A stretch of DNA of 64,000 nt from Podospora anserina (lineage: Eukaryota). The position numbers and the translations under genes were made by a program. The notes beneath the pieces were generated by a model. It made no database searches. It was not told where the DNA came from and saw only the letters and a list, made by a program, of their open reading frames with translations. The stretch lies in assembly GCA_017654855.1 (NCBI GenBank), contig CM030332.1, positions 5,580,001-5,644,000 of the forward strand, given 5' to 3'. Below are positions 26,957 through 39,463 of this stretch, piece by piece. Every line of letters starts with the position of its first letter. Within the stretch, counting starts at the first letter, position 1.

Positions 26957-29113
26957 TCAAGCAACCCTCTTCCCTCCGCAATCCGGAATCGTCACCCCCG
27001 GCTTCAGATTCCTATTCACATCCATCAACCCCCACTGATCCTCCCACTCCTTCCCTGGTTCATTAAACGCAATCTTCCACGGCTCATCAAACGCCGAAAA
27101 CCAAAAGTAATTGATATCCTCATCCAACGCCCTGCAAACCCAGTCCTCCAACAGCTCATTCATCTCCTCGACCCCCGCCACCGCCTTCTGAGGACAGTCC
27201 GTCTCAAACGCATTCCCGCACCCCATCCCACCCGCCGAAGGCCACCCAATCTCCGAAATAATATTCATACTGTTGTCCTTCTTGAGAAAAGTCCCCGCCT
27301 TGTTCTCCCAAAAAGTCAACGTCCAGTTCGCCGCATTCCTCGCAGGCTCGCCGGCAAAGAAAGGGTGGATATTCCCCATGATAGCGTCAGACTGCGCAGC
27401 CAAAGAAGAATCCCACTTGTCTCCCAAATCAGACGTAGCGACCGGCAGACTGAGACCCTTGGCCGTGAGATTGGTGCGCACCTCGGCCAAAAGATTCCCC
27501 AGCGCCGTGAGCGTCATTTGCTCACGAAACAAAATCTCATTGGCAACAATAATGCCCTTGAAATAACTATCGCCATACTGGTCGAGAATGTCCCACATTT
27601 GATCCAGCTGGCGCTTGTTGGTCGTGCTGTTAGCATCCTGCCAAACACCCAGCCAAATCTTGACGTCATCCTTGAGCTTGAGCTGGTCAACGGCGTGGAT
27701 GAGCATCTGGGTCTGGTTGCAATCGGTTCCATAGAGACGGACAACGTTGGTTAGCTGGGAGAGGACGGCCAAGTCGCGAGTGACATTGTTTTGTGATGGC
27801 GGAAACTTGACGCAGTCGGGATACTGTGAGTGAATCGGGGTATAGTCCATGCCGGGGAAAACCTTCTTCAGGTCGGTGTTGCCCATTAGGGCCTGGATCT
27901 CGGCCGAGTTGATGTTGAGGTCGCCGTTGTTAGCAAAGTCGTCCTCCGCTGACCCCCCCGGACTAGCCTTATCGCCACCGCCTTTTTTGTTGAACACGGC
28001 ACCGAAGAGGACACCAACTACAATGCCGACAATCGCAAGAATGGCCACAATGATGATGATGGCGAGTCGCCACTTTTTCCCGTTGCTCTTTGCAGGCTTC
28101 TCCTTGTACAGATGGCCGTAACCAATGCCCCTTCCAGAGCCTGGTGACACATCGCCACCATTGTTGACAGGCGCATACTGGTTGTTGATGTTACCGCCGC
28201 TCCCGTTACGACTCGCTAGACCCGACATAGCACCGGCAGCCATGACACCGCCGGCAACGCCGCCAGCAGCAGCGCCCATTCCTGGCCCACTCCTATGGCT
28301 GGATCCCAAGCTCAACATGCTCGTCCGTGGTCCCTTCTTTGGGCCATAGTGAAGCCCATCATCGCCATCATCCTCGATCTCCAGGGGATTAACCACGCCA
28401 AGATTGGGATCTGAAGGGCGCACATATACCTGAGTTGGATCATCCGTGTAGGGATCACTCGCAAAGCCGTACGGACTCCTGGACGGCGTCGTGTCCCTTT
28501 GGTGGTTGTGATGTGCTGCCTGTGAACTAGACCTCGAGCTCCATCCCTCGCCAGGGTGGCCGTTCGGCCCCAACCGACCTCTCTCACCGTGACCCTGTCC
28601 CTCTTCTTGCCATTGCCCTTGCTGCCGGTAGGCTTGTTGTGGATAGTTGGGATCCCGCGCGTTCTGGTCCGCAACGTTCATGGCGATGCCCGCCATACCT
28701 CCGGCGGCCGCGGCGTTGCCAAAATTGTCGGCTCCGGGGGTGACGTTGCTTTGCGGAGCTGGACGCTGAGGTGGATAAGCAGGCTGGTTGCTGGCCCAAG
28801 ACCTTCCGTCTCCGGCCGTGTTGGTGCGGTGCGGAGGTGGCTTTGGTGGAGAATATCCGACTTGTTGTGGTTGTCGGTAGCTGTCGGGTGTCGTCGCATA
28901 TGCTCCCCTGACAGCCGGCTCTTGGCTCTGTCGTCGCTGGTGTCGAAGGTGGTTAAAAGAAGAATCGGGATGGGCGCCGGGACGAGTTCTCGGCGAAGAT
29001 GGATTGTAAGGGTCTTGTGGGTAGTTGTTTCGGTGCGGCGAAGGGGGATTCGGGTGACTTAGAGGTTGGCGTTCAGCCATATGGTCCTCTGTATAATATC
29101 TTGGCTGCGCCAT
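26957..29113 (-). CDS. btgC: Membrane-anchored glucan endo-1,3-beta-glucosidase, GH17 (BtgC-like)
   Basis: Long disordered N-terminus, single TM helix (WRLAIIIIVAILAIVGIVVGVLF), GH17 motifs VRLYGTDCNQ, IIVANEILFR, IISEIGWPS, AFDEPWK...WEDQWGL. Confidence 0.92.
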   Translation of the reverse strand: MAQPRYYTEDHMAERQPLSHPNPPSPHRNNYPQDPYNPSSPRTRPGAHPDSSFNHLRHQRRQSQEPAVRGAYATTPDSYRQPQQVGYSPPKPPPHRTNTAGDGRSWASNQPAYPPQRPAPQSNVTPGADNFGNAAAAGGMAGIAMNVADQNARDPNYPQQAYRQQGQWQEEGQGHGERGRLGPNGHPGEGWSSRSSSQAAHHNHQRDTTPSRSPYGFASDPYTDDPTQVYVRPSDPNLGVVNPLEIEDDGDDGLHYGPKKGPRTSMLSLGSSHRSGPGMGAAAGGVAGGVMAAGAMSGLASRNGSGGNINNQYAPVNNGGDVSPGSGRGIGYGHLYKEKPAKSNGKKWRLAIIIIVAILAIVGIVVGVLFGAVFNKKGGGDKASPGGSAEDDFANNGDLNINSAEIQALMGNTDLKKVFPGMDYTPIHSQYPDCVKFPPSQNNVTRDLAVLSQLTNVVRLYGTDCNQTQMLIHAVDQLKLKDDVKIWLGVWQDANSTTNKRQLDQMWDILDQYGDSYFKGIIVANEILFREQMTLTALGNLLAEVRTNLTAKGLSLPVATSDLGDKWDSSLAAQSDAIMGNIHPFFAGEPARNAANWTLTFWENKAGTFLKKDNSMNIISEIGWPSAGGMGCGNAFETDCPQKAVAGVEEMNELLEDWVCRALDEDINYFWFSAFDEPWKIAFNEPGKEWEDQWGLMDVNRNLKPGVTIPDCGGKRVA

Positions 29114-31240
29114 AGTTGAACTCGGACTGAGGCGCAGCGCAAGCGAAATCGATGATTGCAGCAGGCGTCACCTGAGAATGGACAGCCCTCCCAAAGAGTT
29201 CGTGTTGCCCAGTGGGTCGCACTGTCAGATGTTGTCGTGGTTTGCCCTGGTGTGTTGGAGAATCGAAAACGGATTCTGGGGCCTGAATGTTCTCAGTGTT
29301 CCAGCAGAAGAGAACTGCGCCCGGATTTTGAATAGGGGGTACACCGGATTTGGGACTGGCAGTGAGACAGTGGCCGGGACACAGATGTGCCGTGTTTGCG
29401 GCGTCGAGTCTCGTGGAGGTGTTGATCCCCGAGCCCCACCAAGGTGTCGCAGTTTGTTTCGCCTTGCCCAGGCTGTTGCTTTTCGCGGCAGACGAAGTGC
29501 GCCGTCAGCAGCGCGCAAAAAGAGCTCAATGTCGAGCGAAGTCCCTTGCCGTCAAGCAAAAGACGTAAAGGTCGAATGATGTGATTTTGGCAAAGTATTT
29601 TTGCCGTTGTGGGCGCCGTGTGGGAAACTGCTCAGTCAGACACGGGGTCTCGTATATTTGGGCTGTGTTGCGTTGCCGTTGCCCCCCTGGTTGTCGCCGT
29701 TGCCAGGTTAGTTCCAGACTCTCGCCAGCTTTCGTGAATCCCTCAACTGCAACGTTGTTCCCAAAGCGCAAAAACACAAACTCCCGCAGACGTTGCCGGA
29801 AGGAAGAAGCGATTAACGACGGTCTCGGCAGAAGACTGAGAAGAAACGAAGGAAAGTGGAACACGAAAAGAAGCAGGCAGGTTGGTGAGCAGGCACACGA
29901 AAGCAAGAATCAGGAGGAGAGGAAATCAGATCGACGCCACAACAGGGGTCTGCATACCGGATTTAGAGAGCGAAAATGCGGCTGGCAGCCTGCAGCAAGC
30001 AACAGCAACGGCCTTTTGCGCCTGTCAAGAAAAGGGGATCCGACGACTTCCCGTCGGCCTCAACGCCCATCAGCCCGGCCACCGTCGCGCACCAGAAGGG
30101 GCCAAGCGCCGAAAAACAGTGGTGGTTGGTGGTGGCTCCCACGCTTCAATTGGCCAGATGTGGTTGGCGGGACAGGACCACGACACTGCACCAGTAGTGT
30201 GCCACCACTCAGCTGCTTCCAGCCACCGGTGACTGTGGCTCGATTTTCCTCCTGCTTTCCAGCCATTTCCCCCTGTGCTGGTTGATAACCGTTTCAGCGT
30301 CTGTAGGCAGGATTTTCCCCGCCGCCATATGTTGTGGAGTTGATCGCCAGCTTGGAGAACTTGGCTACAGATACCACGTCAAATCAGTCCCGCTCTCGAT
30401 CCGATCTCCAACACCAAGAGATGGGGTTATCAAGGCATGGCTTGTTGGAGGGCGGGCTGCTGGTCGACCGTATACAGACCTCATCGCGGTCGCCGTCTGT
30501 TCGTCCTCTATGCGAATGGGCTGCGGGTGGTTCCTCCCGTCCTCTTGTCGTCTAATCTTTTTCGAGGCGTCTTTGATCAAGATAGGGAAGTATTTGACCA
30601 TGAGGAGGTGAACTGCGGCCGCCCTTGGCAATCCCGCTTTTTGGTAAAACATACCCCACTATATTACATCATGCCATGTTCCTGGAAGGCTTCGATAACT
30701 TTGGCCTTGGTTGCGACAATTTTGAGGCTCGGGTGACGCGTTGGTTCTTCACTGTCAAAGCAGCTGGGGTTCCTGGCCCAGCTCTTTGAGCAGACGATGA
30801 CTCCACAGCATCCGGCACGCCGTATGCCGGCGGTGTCCACTTCTCCGGCCATAGCCTCCGGTAGCTAACCTCACAGTGCTGCCGGCTCGGCGCGGACCCG
30901 GAGGCCTGGTCCGGACCAGCACTGCGCTTGGCATCTCCGTCCGAACCTGCAAAACATCACATAGGGTCTTCCTGGAGAGCTACATAGCACTCTGCTTATA
31001 TTACATTACATTATAAAAAGTGGCTCTCTGATATCATGAGTCTCTCAGTAGGTTTTGTCCATCCACAGTCGATGATGTATTTGCTTAAGTCACCTTGACA
31101 TCATCGATATTGATGTATATCAGTCGAATACCTACAGTAACGAGAGCACTGATCTTCTCTCCAGTCGTTGGACCTTTTGTCACACAAACTTGTACTACTG
31201 TTCACTCCCAGAATTTATCACACAGCAACTGTCCCACACA

Positions 31241-31851
31241 ATGTCTGCGAACCCTGATTCCGTCGGTAACCAAGGCGAGTTCCGCTCAAGAGTGCCTCCC
31301 TCGAGGCCAATGGATACCCATGGCGTAAGCGACTTTGACAAGACCTCTCATTAATTAACTGAGCTAACACAGCTTTGCAGCACCAAATCGGTCAGCCCAT
31401 CGGTAGAGAAGCTATCCCCGAGTTCCATGCCAAAACCTACCCGCCCGGCTCGGCGCCCAAAGAGTCAACCTTCTATCCCAACCCCATCCATGAGATTCCC
31501 GGCCAAGCAATGAACCCAAACATGGACCCTTCGCTACGTACAAGTGCTCTCGACATCCCTGGCGCCGACAGCAAAGAAATCTACAATGAGTCCGGTGCCG
31601 GTTCCCGCCCGATCGAAGGCCAGACAGCCAACGAAATTAGACACGAAAAGGCAAGAAAGACGGATCGGTTGGGCATCGCTGCTCATGGTGGCACAGACAC
31701 AACTGGCGATGGTTCGATCGAGGGGACTATGAGAGAGAGGGGCATGGAACTTCCGGGAGATAAGGAGAGGAAGGTGCTTGGGAGGGGTATTTCGGCCACG
31801 GAGAGAGATGCGACAACATCGGAGGAGATTGGGTCTGGTGGGAGAGGCTAG
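31241..31851 (+). CDS. Fungal hypothetical hydrophilic protein; intron 31325-31380
   Basis: ATG in cacacaATG context; exon 1 MSANPDSVGNQGEF...; gtaagc..gctaac..cag intron joins in frame to HQIGQPIGREAIPEFHAKTYPPG. Confidence 0.8.
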
Positions 31852-31966
31852 TTCGAGGTGCGAGACGTGTCATGTATGTTGAGTGTTGTGTAGACGGATC
31901 AAATGTTCCTACTGTTTGCTTAATATGAGTGATGAATTTCATGAAGTTTACATGATCCCTTTGAAA

Positions 31967-32037
31967 GCATCAGTGGTTTAGTGGTAAAATCCATCGTTGC
32001 CATCGATGGGCCCCGTGTTCGATTCACGGCTGATGCA
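31967..32037 (+). tRNA. tRNA-Gly (anticodon GCC), intronless
   Basis: GCATCAG/CTGATGC acceptor stem, D-arm TGGTTTAGTGGTAAAA, anticodon arm CATCG-TTGCCAT-CGATG, T-arm CCGTG-TTCGATT-CACGG, followed by a T-run. Confidence 0.97.
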
Positions 32038-33098
32038 ACCTTTTGCTTTCTACCTCTAACCACCGTAAGCTGTTGGTCCTTTTTTGGAACAACCTGCAGC
32101 ATATATTTTAATGTTAGCATAAGTCGGTCACACCTTTAGCATAACGAATGTGTTGATGATGTATAAGGGGAGAAGGATGTCAGTCTAAGGAAGGGCAGTT
32201 ATGCTGCTTGTTCCACATAAAGTGTTCAGAACGGCGAGTGAATTGTCTTCGTCATCCATCCAGCTTCAACATATCAGTTTGGGAGGACATGGGATACGAG
32301 CTTTTGGTCTTACCGATGTTTACCGATGTGCCAGGGAAAGCATAGACTTTGCCAGCTCCTAAATGTTTCATGAAATGACAGAACGCACACTCAAATAAAT
32401 CTACTTCAGATCATCCATCAGAACTGGGTATATTATATACATTTGTCTTGTGGTAGGCAACCTGCAGCCCGTTCGAGCATACATATCGATTGATCCCAAA
32501 ACGGTACGCCGTTTGCCGTGCGAGTCAACTCCGAGATACCAACACCCAACGAAGCAGAACGATGATACGCCAGGGTCTGCAACCTATACAGAAAGGTACC
32601 ACACCAGATCCTTCACTCATCTCTCTCTTCGTGGGGCCCTCAGAGGTGTTCGAGAATACATGTCCAAACACGCGCCGTTGTGTCCCTCCACCCCCAGGGT
32701 TGTGTGGTGAAAGCGGGGTACCACCACTAACACGCCATTGGTCAATGGCCAGCAACATCTACTTTCAGGGTCCTACGAACAAGCAAACATCCGGACAAAG
32801 GAAACCTGGAACGGTACCAACAAACAATTGGTTGTAAAACACCAGAAACGGTTTTCTGGTGAGAAAATGTTGTGCCTCAATCACCCCTGCAGGGATCTCC
32901 TTTCAGAATGCGGGGCTCCTTCCCCAGATCCCTTTCCAATTGCTCTCTATGACATCACTGGCGTTGATGGAGCCTGCTCGACTCGCCCAGCACGTGAAAG
33001 GAGAAGTCGGGCTTCTGCCTGATCACCAGCACAGGTCAGTAGGATAACTTGCCCCTTTTTCATCTCCTCTACATAGCCAAAGAGAGCAATCATCCAAG

Positions 33099-34379
33099 AT
33101 GACCACCACGACGAGATCCTCGGCCAAGGAGCGCGGCAACTCCACCAACGAGGGAGCCCCTCCCGCCTCAAAAGCCGAACCTGGTTCCAAGCACAAGGTC
33201 GAGGAAGGAACCAAGTCCCCGGAACCAAAGCGGCCCAAGAAGTCGGATGAGAAGGAACAGAAGACTATTGAAGAGACAATCGGCGGGTAGGTAATGCTCA
33301 CCAATGCGTGATTGTCTCATGTTCTGACACTACCAAGCAGCGAACAAACCAAGCAGGAGCAACAGGCAGAGCAGCAAGAGCAGCAGGAGAAAATAGCCAA
33401 GGACAGTGAGAAAGAAGATGTTGCCAAAGCCGAAAAGGAAACCGCGACTGGCGATGCCGAGGAGCCTCGTGAAGATGCCAAGGACATTCCCTCCAGCATT
33501 CTAGAAAAGGGCATCATCTATTTCTTTTTCCGTGGACGGGTTGGTATTGATCGGCCTTCCGACGTCGACGAGATTGCCCGGAGCTACATCATCCTCAGAC
33601 CGATTGCCAAAGACGCCAAGCTTGGCAGCGGTCCCATTGGCGATGCAGGCAACAGCAGAGTATGCGTTGTGCCCAAAAAGGTGCTCCCAAAGACGGGCAA
33701 AGACAGGTGGATTTCTTTTGTTGAGAAGACCGGCGCCTCTTTCAGCGAGCTCAAGGACGAATTTCTCAAGTCAAACGACTATGAGACCAAGACTGCTGGG
33801 ACAAGACACTCCCCGGCCGCTACACCTGTTGCGGAAGGCGTGTATGCTATTACCAGCACTGGGAAGGACAGTCACCTGGCATACATTTTGACTCTTCCCG
33901 ACAAGCTCGGTGAGGTGCAAAAGGAGATTGGCTTGAAGGAGAAGGGCAGCTTCATCATCAGCACAAGGAATCCCCAGTATGAGCCTCCCAAGAATGCCAG
34001 GCTTCCTAAGGGACCAGAGTATCCTAAGGAGTAAGTTGAAGCTGGGCTATGCCTCCTGATCTTGACGCTGACTGTTTCATGTTACAGGCTTCTCGAAGAG
34101 TTTCGCTCTCTCCGGTGGGCTCCAACTCAACCCCGTCATCTCGACTACGTGAACACGCAGTTCCTGCTCGTTGGCGAGTCTTCTGGCATTGCCAAAGCCT
34201 TGGAACAACAGAAGAAAGACCAGAAGGAAGGAAAGAACGAGCCCGCCGAGGAGTTGGAGCAGTTGGAAGAAGAGGACGCGCAGCGGATGCAGGATCTTGA
34301 CGACGACGACGCGGCTCGTATTTTTGCGGATTTGCAGGCCGATGCGGGCCATTACCCCAAGCTTCCCACCACTTTCTGA
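33099..34379 (+). CDS. Conserved fungal hypothetical protein; introns ~33287-33340 and ~34031-34087
   Basis: Three ORF pieces joined by GT..AG introns; globular core ILEKGIIYFFFRGRV...HLAYILTLP...GSFIISTRNP...LDYVNTQFLLVGE; function not identifiable from sequence. Confidence 0.85.
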
Positions 34380-35092
34380 TGCATGAGGGTTCAAAGCCCT
34401 GAAGATTAGTATTGCGTAATAGACATGGCTGGCATCTAATAATTGGCGGGCAGGAGACCTTGTGACCTCATGGCTGAACTGTGTTATCTCATGGCTCGAC
34501 TGCGCGAGTACTGTGCGAGTTAGATTACTAAACCATGACCAGATAGAAGAAATAGTTACGCTCTTACATTAGTGTGGTGGACTGTCCCAGTGAAGCGAGG
34601 AAGTTTTCAACTACCAAGGCGGGCAGATAGATATCCGCTGATGGGTTTATACCTCGACACTTTGAAGCTATTTGCCGGCCGTCGTGAAGGTGATGCATTC
34701 AAGTGAAGAGGCGAAGACTGTCGATTTGAATGAATATTGGTATTCTTCTCTGCAACTTGGAGTAATCCAACGGTTCCTGTAACGGACACCCGGAAAGTCT
34801 GCCGGGACGAAGTGCAGTCTAGGTTGGGGCGAGCCACGCCTCCAACGCCTCAAAACGCCCATCAGACTTCAACTCCAATCGATCAAAAAGCCGGGAAATC
34901 TGGCTCTGGACGTTTGGCTTTCCAGACAAGACTATAAAAGTCAGTCTGCCAGAAAACTCTGTCCTGGGGCTCTTCCTTCGTCTCCTGGCTCTTAACTTCT
35001 CGGTTGACATTGCCTATATCATTTCGTCTTCTTTGCTCCACGAAATTCTTTTCCCTTGCCATTTCAGCTCAAGAATCAAGAAGCAAAAGACA

Positions 35093-35708
35093 TGTTTCTG
35101 CTGGCCGTCCTGCTCTTGCTCGCCTCTGCGGCCAACGCTGCCGCCGTGGGTCCACGGAATACGACTTACGACACGGCCTACGACACGACGCTCACACACT
35201 TTACCGCTGCTCTCAATCCACCAAAGCTCGACAGTGGCCCGCATTGGCCACACCCATCGCACAAGGTAGGGATTTCTAGTCCGATTTTATGGAGTCGAAA
35301 GATGGGATTGCTGACCCTTGGGGATAAAACGGATAGATTGACTGCGATGTAACCTTTCAGCGCTACAACAATTATGCTTACCTCTGGACGCTTGTAAGGA
35401 TACAGGTCGAATGGATCAGAGAGGAAGGGCCCAAGTATTGGACGCTCCCCGAGGGTACACCAAAGGGGACTTTGGTCAGGGTTGGTTGCTGCAACGGGGC
35501 TTCGTACAACATTGTTGTTCAGGAAACCCTCCAAAAGCCCATCGCCATCGCGGGTGCGGAGGTCACCACCATGGGACTGGCTGCGGCGGACCACTGCAAG
35601 CAGGGTGACCGGACCAAAGGCAGGGCGTGGGCGCAGAACAGGCTTTTCACCATCGAGGTCTTCCAAGATGAACACAAGTGCGGAAAAAAATGCTGGCAGG
35701 GGGACTAG
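35093..35708 (+). CDS. Small secreted Cys-containing protein (~180 aa); intron ~35265-35336
   Basis: Signal peptide MFLLAVLLLLASAANAA; gtaggg..gctgac..atag intron gives a continuous frame IDCDVTF...GCCNGA...DHCKQ...KCGKKCWQGD*; TATAAAA at ~34933. Confidence 0.75.
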
Positions 35709-37041
35709 TTGTGCTTAGGCGTTGGATGGGCTTTTGGTATTGAGGTCTCTTGTCATTACGGATTGGGAGCACTGGGGAGACAGCATGTCTGATTTCTAGT
35801 CAAGACAGATGAATAAAGGGTCCTTCCTACAGCACACTCGTCCTGGTAGATTACTGATAATCTGTTTTTCCCCAATATCTTGATCCGGTCCAACTCGTCA
35901 CATTTCCGATGTGTGCGGAGAGTGGCTTGAAGTTTCGCAAACTGTAAGCACCTGTTCTACCATCAGATACGCCACACAGTCCGACCCATGAAGCTCGAGC
36001 TTCTTAACACACCGCAAAAAAGAAGACAGATCATCCACTTCTGCCTAAAAGCCATCAGCAGCAGATATCAATCACGTTGCTTCGTGTCCCGCCGGAAAGG
36101 GGCCCGCCAGGCAAGCCCCGTCCCACTCTCACGAACAACAGACAGCGGGTGCAACGTTATCGTGACACTATCGTGGATCCATCCTGCCTCTGGACACGCC
36201 AGCGGTCGACAAGCCTGCGATGATCTGTGGACAGCCTGAGCGGTTTTGTGTGCTGATGTGTTGAACACGGATGGACTTTGGCGAGGGGCAAACGCCAGCT
36301 GATGCTCAAAATTTCTTATCAGTGACGCTACCACACACGCACAGTCTAGCAAAGCTTTTTATCTGATTTGATTTACAGATTGTGGTCGTGGCATGTGGTA
36401 GGACTTGATACACTCGACCGTTCCTTCCTTCTCCTTCTCCTTCTACCTGTCCTCGACAGCAGCAACAACGCACCAGAGCCCTACCTAATTCGCATTAGTC
36501 AGTCAACCACGACGATGCCCTCTTCAGAATTATCAAACATATAATCCTTCCCGCTGTTTGGTTTGACATTGTCTTTTTGTATTCAGAGATGTGAGACCCT
36601 CACGCAAATGTGTGGGACTTGATGTCTACGTCAATCATCGGTAGTACATCCTGCCACGCTGGCACTCTCCTGCTTCTTTTCAGTTTTCTCGCGTTGCTTC
36701 CTTGCCTTGGCTGACGTTCCAGGAGACGTCCCCATATCCGCCCGAAGATGTGCGATCCCGTCCGTCCCGTCCCCTCACGGTCTTTCGGGTAGTTTGTTTT
36801 GGCCTGTTCGTTGATGACTCTCCTTGCCCTGCTCGTTTAAATGTTGGCTCGTATCACAAGATTCCGCAGCTGCTCATATAGATTCGCAATCCCATCGTTT
36901 TTTTGCATCCCATGATGGGGTGATCTCTGTCTTTCTCCGGCACGTTTGTTTCAGCTCACCAAGGTTTGGCCATCATCACCCTCCCACAGGGGTTGGTTTG
37001 ATCCAAAGTACAGCCCGGCTCTGTCGAGCCCCTCCGCAATC

Positions 37042-38326
37042 ATGGCATCCTTAACCACCTCCAGCTTACATTACCTCACAAGCCTCGCAACTGAAACCGG
37101 CGATGTCGCGACGTCAACCACCCAAGCAAGCGGCCCATCCTACACTGGAGACCCCGTCTCCTACGATGACGGTTACTACCGGAGCAACACTCCCATGGTA
37201 TACCCCTTCACCACCTCCTCCTTCCCCTTGGCCCTAACCACAGCAATCCTCTTTTTGATCCTCACCATCCTGCACGCGTACCTTTGCTTCAAGAAGAAGA
37301 CTGTCTTTTTCGCCATCACGATCTACGCCTCCCTCGGTTTGTTTTGTCTTGCCCTCCGGTTTGCTAGTCACTGCTGACATGCATGCATCCAGCAATGGCA
37401 ACCTCCCAAACAATGAAATGCTACCTCGTCCAACTCCAAACCATCATCTTGCACTCCACCAACCTCTCCTCCTCTACCATCAACCAGCTGGAACGTGCCG
37501 ACGTCGTGCTTGTTGTGATGGACCTCTTGGAGGCGATTCCCGCGTCTGCGATGGGGTTCTTGCTCATGATGACGTATACCAGGTTGACGTGGTTTATCAT
37601 CCCCAAATCGGGGAGGAAGAACGGGAGGGTTTTTGGCTTGCCGGCGAGGTGGCAGACGAGCTTGCTGGCGTTGGGGCAGATGGTGGGGGATGGGTTGGTC
37701 GGGGTGGGTCACTACTATGGGCTGGGGTATTTGCAGAGTCTTGGAGGGGTGGTGGGATTGATGACATGGGGGGTGTTGGGGGGTTTGGTGGTTAGGGCGG
37801 GGAGGGTGGAGGTGAGGGAGGAGGTGAAGGAGGTGAAGAGGTTCGTTTGGGCGGTTGGGGGGGCGGTTGGGTTGCTGATTGTGAGTTTTTTTCTTTTCTT
37901 TTCTTCAGTTGTGTGATGATGGATGGAGAAAGGGGATTGCTAATGGGATGCAAATAGGGGTGTGCCACCGCGAGAATCATCAGACGGGAGGCGGTGGCGT
38001 ATTTTTTGGCTGAGGCCCCGTGGTGGTCGAGTGAGTATGGGGTGTCAGAGACGTTCGCCATGTCGGAGTGGCCGGTGTATGTGTTTCAGCATTTGCCGAT
38101 TTTGTTGATCTTGGTGCTTATGGCGGTTTACCACCCGGGAGCCTACCTTCCCAGGCGGTTGACTGGTTGGAGGCTCAACACCAAGAAGCTGTTGAGAGAG
38201 GAAAGGATGAGAGAGGACGTGGAGAACTTGAAGGTGTTGGCGAGGAAAGATTCAAAGGCGTTGTCTGTACAGGGGAGTGAGCTGGATTGCTTTGAGAGGG
38301 TTGACCTTGACAAGGAGACCAAGTAA
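37042..38326 (+). CDS. RTA1-like multi-pass membrane protein; introns 37337-37392 and 37881-37957
   Basis: About 7 hydrophobic segments; C-terminal EWPVYVFQHLPILLILVLMAVYHPGAYLP resembles the RTA1 family end motif. Confidence 0.72.
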
Positions 38327-38554
38327 AACAAAGTAGGGAAAGGGGCTATGGGGACGGTTGTGGACGGAGGCGTGGCGCCATATTTCGTGTTTGTTCGGAT
38401 GATGAGTTTAGGTACCTTGGGCAGGTAAGACTTTTGGAGTTATGGAATCGGATAGGTTTCATAGAACAGAAAACAGCCTCCAAAACGGCTGGTCTAACAT
38501 GATTTGATTTAGAGCGTTCCCGATGACCTTTGAATCTATCCCATGATACCTGTC

Positions 38555-39463
38555 TTAAACCGCCTCATCCAACGACGGGTCAGCCGGCCAGAATATCCAA
38601 ATCACCACCACAATCAACTTCAACCCAGCCGCTGCCCACAACGCCCCGGCGACCCCAAACTCTGTGTTCGCCAGCTTCCCTCCCAAAAACGCACCGAGCA
38701 GCAGCGACAGCGGCGCCGCCACCCTCCGATTCCGTTCCGCATTGTGCACCGCGAACAAGTCCGCATCGGAGAACAAGTCACAGTAGATGCTCGTTAGCAC
38801 CACGCTGGTGAGCGCATTGTACTTGAGCGCCCGGCTCATGACAGCCTGCCCGCAGCTCTGAAACGCCACCAGCGCGATGGGCACGAGGACGTACCAGGCG
38901 ACCGACTCCGGGTGCACGTCCGAGCCGGCCAGCGTGACCATGCAGGCGGCCGCAACGATGAGGAGGAGTTGGGCGGAGAAGGACGCGCAGAGGACCCAGC
39001 GGCGTTTGGCCGAGAAGAAGCGGTGGAAGCGGGAGAAGAGGAAGGATCCCAGGAGGAAGGAGAGGAGGGAGGTGCCGGATTTGAGCCAGCGGGTCGAGGC
39101 CGAGGGGTCGGCCAGGCCGAGGCCGATGTAGACGGTGTTTCCTTGAACGGTGTGTCAGTTTTTATATGGGGGTTTAAAAAAATGGAGGGAAAATGTGCGT
39201 GTCGTACCCGTTTGCATAGACACAAAACTCCCCCATACTGATATCGAGGCGCTGTCGAGGAGGCCGGTGATGAGATAGCAGAGGATGAGAATGAGATCGG
39301 CCCAATCACGGCTCACGTCCACCGTGAAGTAATCCCGCCATTTTTGAAGCGTCGGCACGGCATCGTCTTTTGGCGGTCCCATTCTTTGCGATTGTGGCAG
39401 GAGAGGGCTCTCTTCGTTGGCGTGGGCCACAATCTCGTTGTTGAGGATGGTTGATCGCGTCAT
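38555..39463 (-). CDS. DUF1275 (YoaK-like) multi-pass membrane protein; intron 39142-39207
   Basis: ITGLLDSAS...GSFVSMQT|GNTVYIGLG after splicing; AFQSCGQ...LTSVVLTSIYCDL...RRVAA...GAFLGG are DUF1275-type motifs. Confidence 0.85.

Noticed and set aside
32840-32861. Small hairpin CACCAGAAA/TTTCTGGTG; also the tandem TTACCGATGT at ~32310
   Set aside because: Too short to exceed chance in 64 kb; no associated element.
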